A program made the position numbers and the translations under genes. This document shows positions 52,520-64,000 of a DNA stretch of 64,000 nt, piece by piece. Numbering within the stretch: position 1 is the first letter of the stretch; the number at the start of each line of letters is the position of its first letter. Origin of the DNA: Octopus sinensis. Its lineage: Eukaryota. Location of the stretch: NCBI RefSeq assembly GCF_006345805.1, contig NC_043013.1:8370001-8434000 (forward strand), read 5' to 3'. Below the pieces are notes generated by a model that made no database searches, had not been told where the DNA came from, and saw nothing but the letters and a program-made list of their open reading frames with translations.

Positions 52520-52739
52520 CCCTTTCGTTACCAACCCGGCTGAAACCGGTGTGGCTTTGTAGTACAAATGTCTTGTTTTCATAAGTTTTGAATTAAAACA
52601 TTCCACCGAACCTTAGTCACAATTCATGTTCCTAACACTAGCTGAATGATGGCTAAGTTATTTTACTCAACTCTTTGTTATATTTAAAATAATTGAAAGA
52701 AACACAGAGCATCTCAAAATAAATACGGTAACGAAAGGG
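52520..52739. mobile_element. piggyBac-type MITE, 220 bp, inverted relative to 2095-2314
   Basis: TTAA TSDs and TIR CCCTTTCGTTACC. Confidence 0.88.
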
Positions 52740-53774
52740 TTAAATTGGTGCTTGAAGGTGGATTGCAATGCAAATATTGTAAATTTACAAGTTTTTGATC
52801 TTCAAGAATGAGGCTAATAGTAAAAATAAAATCACAATTTTATTTAACAATTCCTCCTTAAAATAACGACATGTAAGTATTGCTTCATCATCATCTTCAT
52901 CATCATCGTTTAACGTCCGTTTTCCGCGCTAGCACGGGTTGGACGGTTTGACCGGGGTCTGGGAAGCCAGGGGCTGCACCAGGCTCCAGTCTGATCTGGC
53001 AGAGTTTCTACAGCTGGATGCCCTTCCTAACGCCAACCACTCCGCGAGTGTAGTAGGTCCTTTTTACGTGCCAGGGGGGTCCGGCATCGGCCACAGTCGG
53101 TTGGTGCTTTTAACGTGCCACCGGCATGGAAGCCAGCCAAGGCGGCGCTGGCATTGGCCATGTTCGGATGGTGCTTTTTATGTGCCACCGGCACTGGAGC
53201 CAGTCGAGGCGGCGCTGGCTACGGCCACGTTCGGATGGTGCTTTTTATGTGCCACCGGCACATAAGGTAAAAATCTTGCTAAAACCAATCTGGCACCTTC
53301 ATCTTCCTTAGGTTCCACTAAATAAGAATAATATACAGACACATTGTGTATGCCAAAGATATTCTTGCGAAAGAGGAGCTAAGTTCTTCAAAACTAAATC
53401 TGTATTTAGAAATATTCTTTTATTCTTTTATTAATTTCTATCATCAGATTACGGCCATACTGCAGCACTGTCTGAGAGTGTTCAGTCAACCAAACTGGCA
53501 TCAGTACTTATTTTAAGTGTAGTGCTTATTCTGTCAGTCACTTTTTGCCAGACTGCTATGTTATGAGGACATAAACGAACCAACACTGGTTGTCAAGAGG
53601 TGAGTAACAAGGACAAAGACAAACACATAATTACCATGTGTGGAGGTGCAATGGTTAGGACAGCGGACTCGCGGTTTCGATTCCCAGACTGGGCATTGTG
53701 TGTGTTTACTGAGCGAAAACACCTAAAGCTCCACGACGCTCCGGCAGTGGGTGGTGGCAACCCCAACTTTCTCT

Positions 53775-54110
53775 CACCTTGGGCGAGTGTCTTCTACTAT
53801 AGCCTTGGGCCAACCAAAGCCTTATGAGTGGATTTGGTAGACGGAAACTGAAAGAAGCCCGTCGTATATATGTATATATGTGTGTGCGTGTGCGTCTTTG
53901 TGTCTGTGTTTGTACATCCACCATTGCTTAAGAACTGATGTTGGTGTGTTTATGTCCCTGTAACATAAAGGTTCGCCAAAAGACACCGATAGAATAAGTA
54001 CCAGGCTTACAACAAATAAGTCCTGGGGTCGATTTGTTCGACTAAAACCTCCTTCAAGGTGGTGCTCCAGCATGGCCGCAGTCAAATGACTGAAACAAGT
54101 AAAAGAATAA
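53775..54110 (+). mobile_element. SINE family A body fused behind another tRNA-SINE head (53640-53765)
   Basis: Body and tail match 239-640. The head is homologous to the minus-strand SINE at 23945-24196. Confidence 0.7.
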
Positions 54111-54863
54111 AACAATAAAATTAAGAAGCAATCACTTGTCAGTTTTATACGTCTTAGTTTTAGATACTCTATACCATAAATTTCCTGTTGCACTCCATAA
54201 TTCTCGTTCACACAACCCTCCAGTTTTTCTTTTAACATTTTAATAGATACTACTTATAGTGCATGAATTTCATTTTGTTTCCTCTTTTAAATAAGTTTAC
54301 ACTGCACAAACTAGTCTTTTACTATAACTGACATCATTCTCTTTTTAACGAGATAAACCAGACACTGAAGAATTTAATATGTGCATGTTTTCGTTGTTGT
54401 GGCAGCAATTAGTTCCAAGATTGGTCAAATTCTTCTAGTGTAGTTTAGTGCAATACCATGCCATAAGAGGTTTCATAAGAATTGTAAATTGTAAGCAGAT
54501 TGTATCTCAAAATTTGCTGATATAGATTTGCATTGCCATAGAGTCAACCCTGAAAGCCATTAGGTGTAGGCATGGCTGTGTGGTTAAGAAGTTCACTTTC
54601 TAACCAAGTGGTCTTGGGTTCAACACCATTGTGTGGTACCTTGGGCAAATGTCTTCTACTGTAGCCTGGACTGACCAAGGCCTTATGAGTGGATAATAGG
54701 AGGCGTAGCCCATCACATATAAATATCTATAAATATGTGTGTATATATTTGTGTGTGTGTGTGTGTGTAAGCCGTCTAAGAGTCCATAAGTCAGGAAAAA
54801 ATGCTCTCATATATCTGTCTGTAGAGTGGGTATATTAATCAAAGTGTACAGCATTACATATCC

Positions 54864-55132
54864 ATTACAGCCGATCTTACCAATCAGTTTCATACAGGGG
54901 TTCAACGGAGTGTTAGGTAACAGTCTGATTATGTAACCCTGTGCTCATCAGAGGTAGCCATTTTGAAATGAAATATAGAGACTGCTCTCTATTGTTGGAG
55001 ATGAATCTCCAACAATAGAGTGCAGTCACTATATTTCATTCCATAACAGCTTCCTCTGATGAGCGCAGGATTTGTTACCTAACACTCCATCAGACCCCCA
55101 ATGTGAAACTAATCGGTAAGATCAGCTGTAAT
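54864..55132. mobile_element. Foldback element with paired canonical-core hammerhead motifs
   Basis: Palindrome centred at ~55003. CUGAUGA...GAAAC...GUA at 55047-55128 (+) and 54868-54959 (-). Confidence 0.8.
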
Positions 55133-55995
55133 TTACACCCCAATTAATATAACTATCTCACTGAACACTGTTTCAACCAATACTATCAGAGGTTGTTATA
55201 CACCGCTAGTCACAATACACTTCCTCATATTGTTGCAGCTTTCAAATATTGCAACCCCACTCGCGAGGTGGACAGGCCTATGGCATAAAAGTGACTGAGT
55301 TCACAACAATCCCCCTAAATGGGACACCAGCCATTTGCAGGATAACTCATATACAGCTGAGTGGAGTAGAGCAACATGAAAGGAAGTGTTTCGCTCAAGA
55401 GCTCAACACAGTCTAGAGACTGAAACCATGATCTTTTCAATTGTGATAGTCGTAAATGAGTGTCACTGTCATACAAGCAGTGTCGTTCATTTCCAAATAT
55501 TCTACGTAAACATTTTTGCTCATAGGAAAATATGGAAATATTACTTTGCTTGGAAAGAAGTAAGTGTTAGAGTTAAGTGTTAGAGGTAAGTGTTAGGGTT
55601 AGAGGTAAGTGTTAGGGTTAGAGGTATGTTAGGGAAAGAGGTAAGTGTTAGGAATACTTAGAAGTTAGTGGCTAGAAGGGCGTCCATCTGGACATAGTAA
55701 TCATCATCATTATCATCGTCATTCCTTAACGTCCATTTACCATGCTGGCATGGAAGTAGGATTGCTTGACCAAAGCTGGCTGAATCGTTAGCACACCAGG
55801 CGAAATACTTACAAGTATTTCATCCATCGCTGTGTTCTGAGTTCAGATCCCGCCAAGGTTGACTCTGCTTTTCATCCTTTTGAGGTTGATAAATTAAGTA
55901 CCAATGAAACACTAAAGTCAATGTGATTGACTACTCATCTCCCCTAAAGTTTCAGGCCTTGTGCCTATAGTAGAAGGGATTATTTATTATTATTA

Positions 55996-56056
<61 letters not shown>

Positions 56057-56057
<1 letters not shown>

Positions 56058-56369
56058 CTTTATGAATGAGAAAAAGGAAGTAAATAGAAAAATTTGATGT
56101 ACAGACGTCATTTATTCAAAGACATTTGATTTCATGTAGAGAAATTCTTGCCGACAGCTGTTTCCACACCCAATCAATTCAATTACAGAAATAAAATACT
56201 TGAATTCAAATTCCCATATTTGAAACCAGTCTGTTGGGTATTTCTTCAAGGAGAATTTCCAAAAAGGAGTTACATTTCGGCGTGTAGGCTATCCTACGAC
56301 AAACTCAGATGTGTGTGTTTTCTTGAATACAAGCAAGCATTCCTCAGAGAACCATTATTACCATATATG

Positions 56370-56403
<34 letters not shown>

Positions 56404-56589
56404 ATAATAATAATAATATTAGGGAGTATATCCAAACTTACAGGGAAAATTAGATTTAAGATTAAATCAAATTTCACAGTATAAATATTATATATTACAT
56501 TATTAATATATTTATTTTTTGTTTTTTATGTTTTGGTTTATATCTATCACTGTTTGAGTTGCCTAATAGTGGTTTTATCTCTAATTTAA

Positions 56590-56632
<43 letters not shown>

Positions 56633-56943
56633 ACATTCAATATATTTATGCTTGTGCAAATATGATACATAATAGTTCATTGATGGTGGTATGGTAGTTA
56701 AGAAGATACAGGTTAGCTGTGGAAATGTAACTTCCTTTTGGAAATTCTTTCCGAAGAAATATCCAATTGACTGGTTTCAAATTTGGGAATTTGAATTAAA
56801 GTATTTTATTTCTGTAATTGAATTGATTGGGTGTGGAAACAGCTGTAGAGAGGAATTTCTCTACATGGATTTGAAAGTCTTTGAATAAATAACGTCAATA
56901 CATCAATTTTTTTCTATTTTCTTCTTTTCCTCATTCATAAAGT
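56057..56943. mobile_element. Inverted pLTR-like arms (~220 bp) with hammerhead motifs around a ~440-bp spacer
   Basis: 56057-56278 pairs with 56722-56943. Motifs at 56141-56259 (-) and 56741-56859 (+). Confidence 0.78.
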
Positions 56944-57417
56944 TAATTAAATACCTATACATTTCAATGACAAACTAACTTACTTGGTTTTCACTAAACA
57001 CTGGTATAAACTGGGGAACTAGGAAGCTTGCATCCCTTAAGGGACTTTAGTTCTTTGACTAAATAAATTATATATATATGTACGTATATGTATATTTTGC
57101 ATTAAAGTTTATTGTGTCTGTGCCAGAAATACTTTCAACACTTTTGGAACATTTGGTAAAGTGATAGATATATATATAGATTGATATCCCGAATACAACG
57201 TACAAACCATTCTGTGTAGAATTATCTTCTGTTTATTACAAGACATTTTCTAACTCAAATCTAAACTGAGGTTTCTTTCTTCTTTACAGAATTTCTTCTT
57301 TACTTATTCCTTGTCAGTATTCTTCTTCTTTTTTTTTTTTAATCTTTTATTTTATTTTATTTATTTTGTTTATTGTTTTATGTACTTGCTGTCTGTTACA
57401 ATCTTCGTTTCTGCTAG

Positions 57418-57429
57418 CAACGATGCCAT
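57418..57429 (+). CDS. DGK: Candidate 12-nt DGK microexon (QRCH)
   Basis: tcttcgtttctgctag|CAACGATGCCAT|gtaagt, frame preserving, 128 nt upstream of the catalytic exon. Confidence 0.6.
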
Positions 57430-57557
57430 GTAAGTTGATGTAGTAGTTGTTGATGATGATGATGATGATGTTAAATGCTTCACTGCTGATTATGATAAAT
57501 CTTCAATTTTATATTCTTTAATGTTACCATCTTAAATATTTTTTTGTTACTTACCAG

Positions 57558-57649
57558 AATCAAAGCTCATTCCAAATTGATCCTGTGCCTAACACACATC
57601 CACTGTTAGTATTTATCAACCCAAAGAGTGGAGGAAAACAAGGCGAAAA
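57558..57649 (+). CDS. DGK: DGK catalytic domain first exon ([30 protein letters not shown])
   Basis: Acceptor ttacttaccag, donor gtatgt, phase 0/2. [15 protein letters not shown] is the DAGKc signature. Confidence 0.96.
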
Positions 57650-58120
57650 GTATGTTAAAATATGAGATTTACATTAGTGCAAATTGTGAGGGAGGGTTTT
57701 GCTATATTTGGTGTGATATTTTAGTTTTGTTTTTGTGATATTTTGAATTTTTTTTTTGTTTTTTTTTCGTGGTGGTGGGGTTAGCAGAAAAAAAAAGATT
57801 TATCTAAATTGATTTGCAATAGATTTTTTTTTCCTGTTTCAGTGCTCTCGTTTATAACATCCCTACAAACCACATATAAATCTTACATGTGAAAGATTAA
57901 TTTATTTGCTGGTGAAATATTAATCTTAGATCCTCTACAAACCTATTAGTTTAATTTTTTGAAAATATGGAAGCAGAGAGACAACAATAATAAATGAGAT
58001 ATCTTGATCACTGCACATCTCTCACTCTCGCCGTGCACTATGTTTGTCTCTCACCGCACACTCTCGTTAACCTACCCAACCACATGTTATCTTCCTTGCT
58101 TTCATCCTTCTCCTGTCTAC

Positions 58121-58209
<89 letters not shown>

Positions 58210-58985
58210 CCTGCCTTTTCACTCCTTTCTGTACTGTTAGTCAGCCAGTCATCTCCTACTCTCCTCTACCTTCTCTGCAACTTCATTGATCATCCCTCCC
58301 TCTCGGCCACTATTCACTACATCCACCTCATCTCCCTCAACACTAATCTCTACAGTCATCACCTACTCTCCTCTACCTTCCCTGCAACTTATGTATCATC
58401 AGTCACCCTTCACCACTTGTCCAGCATTCAATACATCAACACCTCATCCCTTTCTATTCTCTACAGTCATCACCTACTCTTCCCTACCTACTCCCAAACT
58501 CATTAGTCATTGACCCCGCCCCCATCCCTTGTTCTTCATTCATTATATTCACCTTTAATCCATGCCCCATCTCTAACCATCCCTCGCTTCATATATTTTT
58601 GCAACCTTTATCCACCCACACTTCTTGTTCTTCTGTTTCCACTAACTTCTTTTAACTGTATTTTACCCTGAGGGTTCACTTTAACACCTCAGCACCATTA
58701 TCTTATCTCTCGTCCTCACTGCTCCACATCAGTTAACCCTACTTGCTCTCCTATAATGCAACTAGCCATGTAGCTTTTCTACAGCAAGAAACCTGTTGTG
58801 GTTCATTTCCTTCATGCTTTAATGTCCCACCACCTCATTTGTTTCATGCTTTAATCTCTCTCCAACTCGTTTGAGCAGGTGACATTTTGAGTGTCTGGTG
58901 CTGACAAGCCTCAAGAAATGCAAAAGCGTTTTTGGTCTTCTTGTGAGTCATTACAGTGACAATATTCATTCACTCCAATATACAT

Positions 58986-59044
<59 letters not shown>

Positions 59045-59297
59045 CTTCAAAACGTAGAGTAGATGAAACCATGGCGACTGAAGAAGGGGTTTTTTCCTTG
59101 TGTTATTTGTCCTGTACTCTATTTTTTTGTTGTTTAAGAAAAATGTCCAGTTCCTTGGGTTTGTGTCTATGTTTTCGTTTCTCATTGTGTTCGACGTTTT
59201 TTTGGTGTCCTGTACTCATATATGCGTGTATATATACATGTAGAGGTAGGTATGTACATATATCTATATATATATATGCATATGTTTTATTTATTAA

Positions 59298-59341
<44 letters not shown>

Positions 59342-59431
59342 GGAAAGTTTATGAAAAAAAACAAAAGACGAAGACAGGTGGTGTACAAAACAAACAGATG
59401 TATTAGTATAGCACGCAGGAATAGAAAAAGT

Positions 59432-59467
59432 CTTTTACGTTTTGAGCCTACGCTCTTCTACAGAAAG
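59432..59467 (-). ncRNA. Degenerate ultra-minimal hammerhead-like motif
   Basis: CUUU-CUGUAGA-A-GAGC-GUAG-GCUC-(A)AAA-CG-UA-AAAG. A6 and G12 are non-canonical. Confidence 0.45.
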
Positions 59468-59469
59468 GT

Positions 59470-59523
<54 letters not shown>

Positions 59524-59590
59524 TGTGTGTGTGTTGTGTGTATGTATATATATATATATATGTATGTATATATATATATATGTGTATGTA

Positions 59591-59644
<54 letters not shown>

Positions 59645-61040
59645 ATGCATGTATATATATATCTTAGGTCCTGGTAGGGTATAAAGGTAGAGTATTTCCA
59701 GAGAACCACTCAGTTTGTGTTCTAGACAATCAACATTGTCAGATTCCAGACTAATACCGAAAGTCTTCAAGTCTAGAAAATTGTTGTATGGATGTGGATA
59801 AGAAAGAAGACAAGGAAATCCTTTAACACATCTTTTATGAGTTGTTACAATTATTTTCATACCAACTCTGCTTGTAATGCCAGTTAACGCAAAAATTTTA
59901 AATGAAAATTTATGTAATATATATATTGTAGTGTGTGTGTGTGTGTGTGTGTGTGTTGTATTTTTAACACATCAAGTCTATGAAGAGATTATGCTTCAGA
60001 CAGTTTCACAGCATGAAACTTTCTTAAAGGTGTGTATTCATTTAGTATGATACGCAGATGGCAATTTTGATTTAATGCTGCTTCACTAACATTTTCTGAT
60101 GTTTTTCTACAGTCTGGCAAAGCTTCTGTAATACTAACGGCTGTATTATTCATTAGTACTTTGATACCGAGACATGAATTTCATTTAAGCATCATAGTTG
60201 GGTGCATGATGTTCACAGGCCTCAAAAAAAGGGGCAAAATCATTTTGTCATTCTTGTGGGTCACTGCAGTGGTAGTGTTGGTCTCACATTATACATTATG
60301 TGTTTAACATAAGTCTATGAAGAGGTTTTTTTTTATGTCAGATAATTCCACAGCATCAGGCCTTCTTATGCTGTGTATACATTTAGTATGATACAAAGAT
60401 AGCAGTTTTAATTCAGTGCTGTTTCAATTGTGTTCACCGAGTTAATCTTTCTAGTTTCATGTTCTAGTTTTGTGGTGCTTAATAGTATTAAAACTTATAA
60501 TCAATGTGTTTCAATGTTATTGCAAATATCTTTACCTAGAGCAAGAGAGAGGTGGGGTGGTGGATGGGGGGGAGGTTTTAATTTATAAACTCTGTAAAAA
60601 TGAACATGACAGTATATCAAGATGATATAGTGTGTACACTAATCATAAGATACCAACATTACATTCTACATCGTACACACATTAAAAATCTTCATGCTTT
60701 AGAAAAATTATTTCTCCATAAATCTATTTTTTAAAATTTTATTTATTTACAAACATAGGAATTCAGCTTGTGGCTATTTATGAGAACAACATGTGGATAT
60801 ATATACTCAGTTGGAAATTGTGGTCTATATAAATAAATGTAGAACAACTAACCAACATATATATATATATATATGATGATGATGATGATGATATATATAT
60901 ATATATATATATATATAATAATAATATTAGGAAGTAAATCCAAACTTACAGGGAAAAATTAGATTTAGGATTAAATCTAATTTTGTAGTATAAATATATA
61001 TATATTGAATTAGAGATAAAACCACTATTAGGCAAATCAA

Positions 61041-61072
<32 letters not shown>

Positions 61073-61377
61073 AAGGGTAAGACCCCCTTCAGTGATGAAT
61101 GACCATGGGATTGCACCTAGAAAGTTATCCTGCGAGGCACAAGTCTGGGCAAGGTTGTTTATGGAAGACCAGCAGTCACCCATGCATACCATCCTTCCCT
61201 CTCCATGACACCGATGTTATCCAAGAGAAAGGCAACGTCAGTGATGTTGCAACTCATTTCTGTAGATGAGTGAACAGGAGCAACGTGAAATAAAGTGTCT
61301 TGCTCAAGAACACAACACATAGAACTCATTACCTCATGATTGTGAGCCCAATGCTCTAACCACTGGGCCATGTGCCT

Positions 61378-61425
<48 letters not shown>

Positions 61426-61442
61426 ATATATATATATTATAA

Positions 61443-61522
<80 letters not shown>

Positions 61523-61536
61523 ATATACACATATAT

Positions 61537-61589
<53 letters not shown>

Positions 61590-61976
61590 TATTATTTTAC
61601 CATCTTACATTCCAAGATGAACATGGCTATCTTTTGAACATAGGAGATTATTTCCTTGAAATCATGTTCTAGTTATTGACATAGGTATGTGTTTGTGTGT
61701 CTGTATGTTTGTGTACACATTTATACATACATGCACACATGTTATTTATATATATATTACTGAATTCCTTCTTTGCTCTTAAATATCCATTAAATATCCA
61801 TGTTAAATGATATACAGTTTCGTTTGCTTTTCAAAGAGTTCTAATTTCAAACACTCTATATTTAGAAGAAATATCCTTCGCATTTTCAAGAAAGCTTTTT
61901 AAGATTTTTTAAGCTCTCTCTCTCTCTCTCTCTCTTTCTCCCCTCCTCATCCCCTCCTCCACCTCTTCCTCCTCCA

Positions 61977-62007
<31 letters not shown>

Positions 62008-62755
62008 CTCTTCCTCCCCTCCTCATCCCCTCCTCCACCTCTTCCTCCTCCTCCTCTTCCTTCTCCTCATCCACTTCTTCCCTTCCTCCTCCTCTTCCTC
62101 CTCCTCTTCCTCCTCCTCCTCCTCCTCCTACCCTCCTCCTCTTCCTTCTCCTCCTCCACTTCCTCCCCTCCTCCTCTTCCTCCCCCTCCTCATCCTCCCG
62201 CTCCTCCCCTCCTCCTCTTCCCCCTCCTCTCGTCTATTCCCAACGAAACCGCATCAGAAACTGAACACCATGTTTTCCAGCATTTACTGTAAACATGTAG
62301 TATACACATTCAAACACCGTCACAATCTTTCCAAATCCCACTGCATTTCACATGGAATTTTTTGGTCCTACAAAATCATTTTGGTGTTTAAGTCAACATA
62401 TCCACCTCAAAAAATAGAACCAATATTTTCTGATTCTGCAATATTTTTTTCTTTTTCAGTATCTCTCATTTTTGTATCCATTGCTAAAAGTATTTGATTC
62501 TTGCTCTGTGAAGAGATATTTGATGAAATATGCAAAAAAAATTTTTTAATCTGTAAAACTGTCTTTAGTAAAAAGTGTCATTGGGTATTATCTCCACTTC
62601 TCAGATTAAAGGGAGGGTTTTTTTTTGTTTTCAAAGCTGTTGGGTAAAACTGCATTCTACAGTTAACAGTAATAAAATTTGAAGCCGTTAAGTCTCAGCC
62701 ACAAGATAGGTAAAATGATATCAACTTGTCAGAATAGTTAACATATTCAACATAG

Positions 62756-62912
62756 TGGCACAGGAGTGGCTGTGTGGTAAGTAGCTTGCTTACCAGCCAC
62801 ATGGTCCTGGGTTCAGTCCCACTGCGTGGTACCTTGGGCAGGTGTTTTATACTATAGCTTTGTGAGCGGATTTGGTAGATGGAAACTGAAAGAAGCCTGT
62901 CGTATATACGTG

Positions 62913-62953
<41 letters not shown>

Positions 62954-63185
62954 GGTATGTGTGTGTATATGTTTGTGTGTCTGTTTGTCCCCCCAGCATC
63001 ATTTGACAACCGAAGCTGGTGTGTTTATGTCCTTGTAACTTAGTGATTCAGCAAAAGAGAACCAATAAAATAAGTACTAGGCTTACAAAGAATAAGCTCT
63101 GGAGTCGATTTGCTGGACTATAAAGGCAGTGCTCCAGCATGGCCGCAGTCAAATGACTGAAACAAGTAAAAGAGTAAAAGAGTAT
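62756..63185 (+). mobile_element. SINE family A copy
   Basis: Same head, body and tail as 239-640. Confidence 0.85.
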
Positions 63186-64000
63186 AGTTAAGTGACCAAG
63201 GTATTGAATAACTGCTATTCTCTTATAAGCCATTACCTGTGATAATTATTATACTGTGACAGGGGAGAAGAATCAACAAGGAGGGGTGTGGTTTGAGGGA
63301 TATTTGGCAGTTATTTCTAGCTGGTTAGTTCAGCAATGGCACACTCTATATACAGTTTATGAGCATAGCCACAGGTGTGGTTATGTGGCAAGGAGCTTGT
63401 TCCCAACCACAATCTACTTACCACACAGCCACATGCACACCCCACCATATATATGTATATACATATATACATATGTATACACACACACATATATAGGTGC
63501 GGACATGGTTTTGCAGTCAAGATTTTGGTCAAGCATCTTCTACTATAACCCTGGGCCAATCAGTGCCTTGTGAGTGGATTCAGTTGGTGGAAACTAAAAG
63601 ACCTTCATATATATAACTGCACACATATATAGGTGTGTGTGTGTACACCTACACATGTATATATGTGTAACTGCATGCATATGTGTGTTTATGTGAAGTG
63701 AGTTTGCATGTCATTCATCTCCTTGGATCATTCTAAAATCTGAAAAGATCCAAGATCCACAACACTTTTAATCCTAAGTATTTTGAATATGGGATTATTG
63801 AAGGCTGCAAGCTGGCAGAAACGTTAGCATGCCGGGTGAAATGCTTAGCAGTATTCCATCTGTCTTTACATTCTGAGTTCAAATCCCGCTGAGGTTGACT
63901 TTGTCTTTCATCCTTTCAGGATCGATAGATTAAGTACCAGTTGCATACTGGGGTCGATCTAGTCAACTGGCCTCTCCCTAAAAATTTTTGGCCTTGTTCT

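Noticed and set aside
59070-59100. CUGAAGA-A-GGGG motif
   Set aside because: No complementary helix II strand or GAAA partner follows.
59974-60428. Diverged ~115-bp direct repeat pair
   Set aside because: It is an old local duplication without TSD, TIR or coding signal.

Overview
AT-rich, microsatellite-saturated animal genomic DNA. The SINE families and (TA)n/(ATT)n/(CAT)n load suggest an octopus; this is an inference. The window lies inside a + strand type I diacylglycerol kinase gene (DGK alpha/beta/gamma-like). It holds the exon ending the C1B domain (5882-5980), a linker exon (14236-14298) and the first catalytic-domain exon (57558-57649). Two in-frame candidate cassette exons lie between them: 63 nt at 37800-37862 and a 12-nt microexon at 57418-57429. 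The introns carry a near full-length antisense RTE LINE with a PHD-like finger, R4/Dong, CR1 and Tigger relics, piggyBac, hAT, Tigger and Helentron-type non-autonomous elements, and many SINEs. The most striking signal is a set of sequence-distinct foldback elements at about 3.3, 16.6, 46.7, 54.9 and 56.1 kb. Each carries minimal type I hammerhead ribozyme motifs on both arms, and single motifs occur at 34.7 and 59.4 kb. One foldback encloses a Penelope GIY-YIG fragment and a tRNA-like promoter. The catalytic cores include G3-C8 and U3-A8 compensatory swaps of the canonical C3-G8 pair. All structures were folded by eye and none is experimentally tested.
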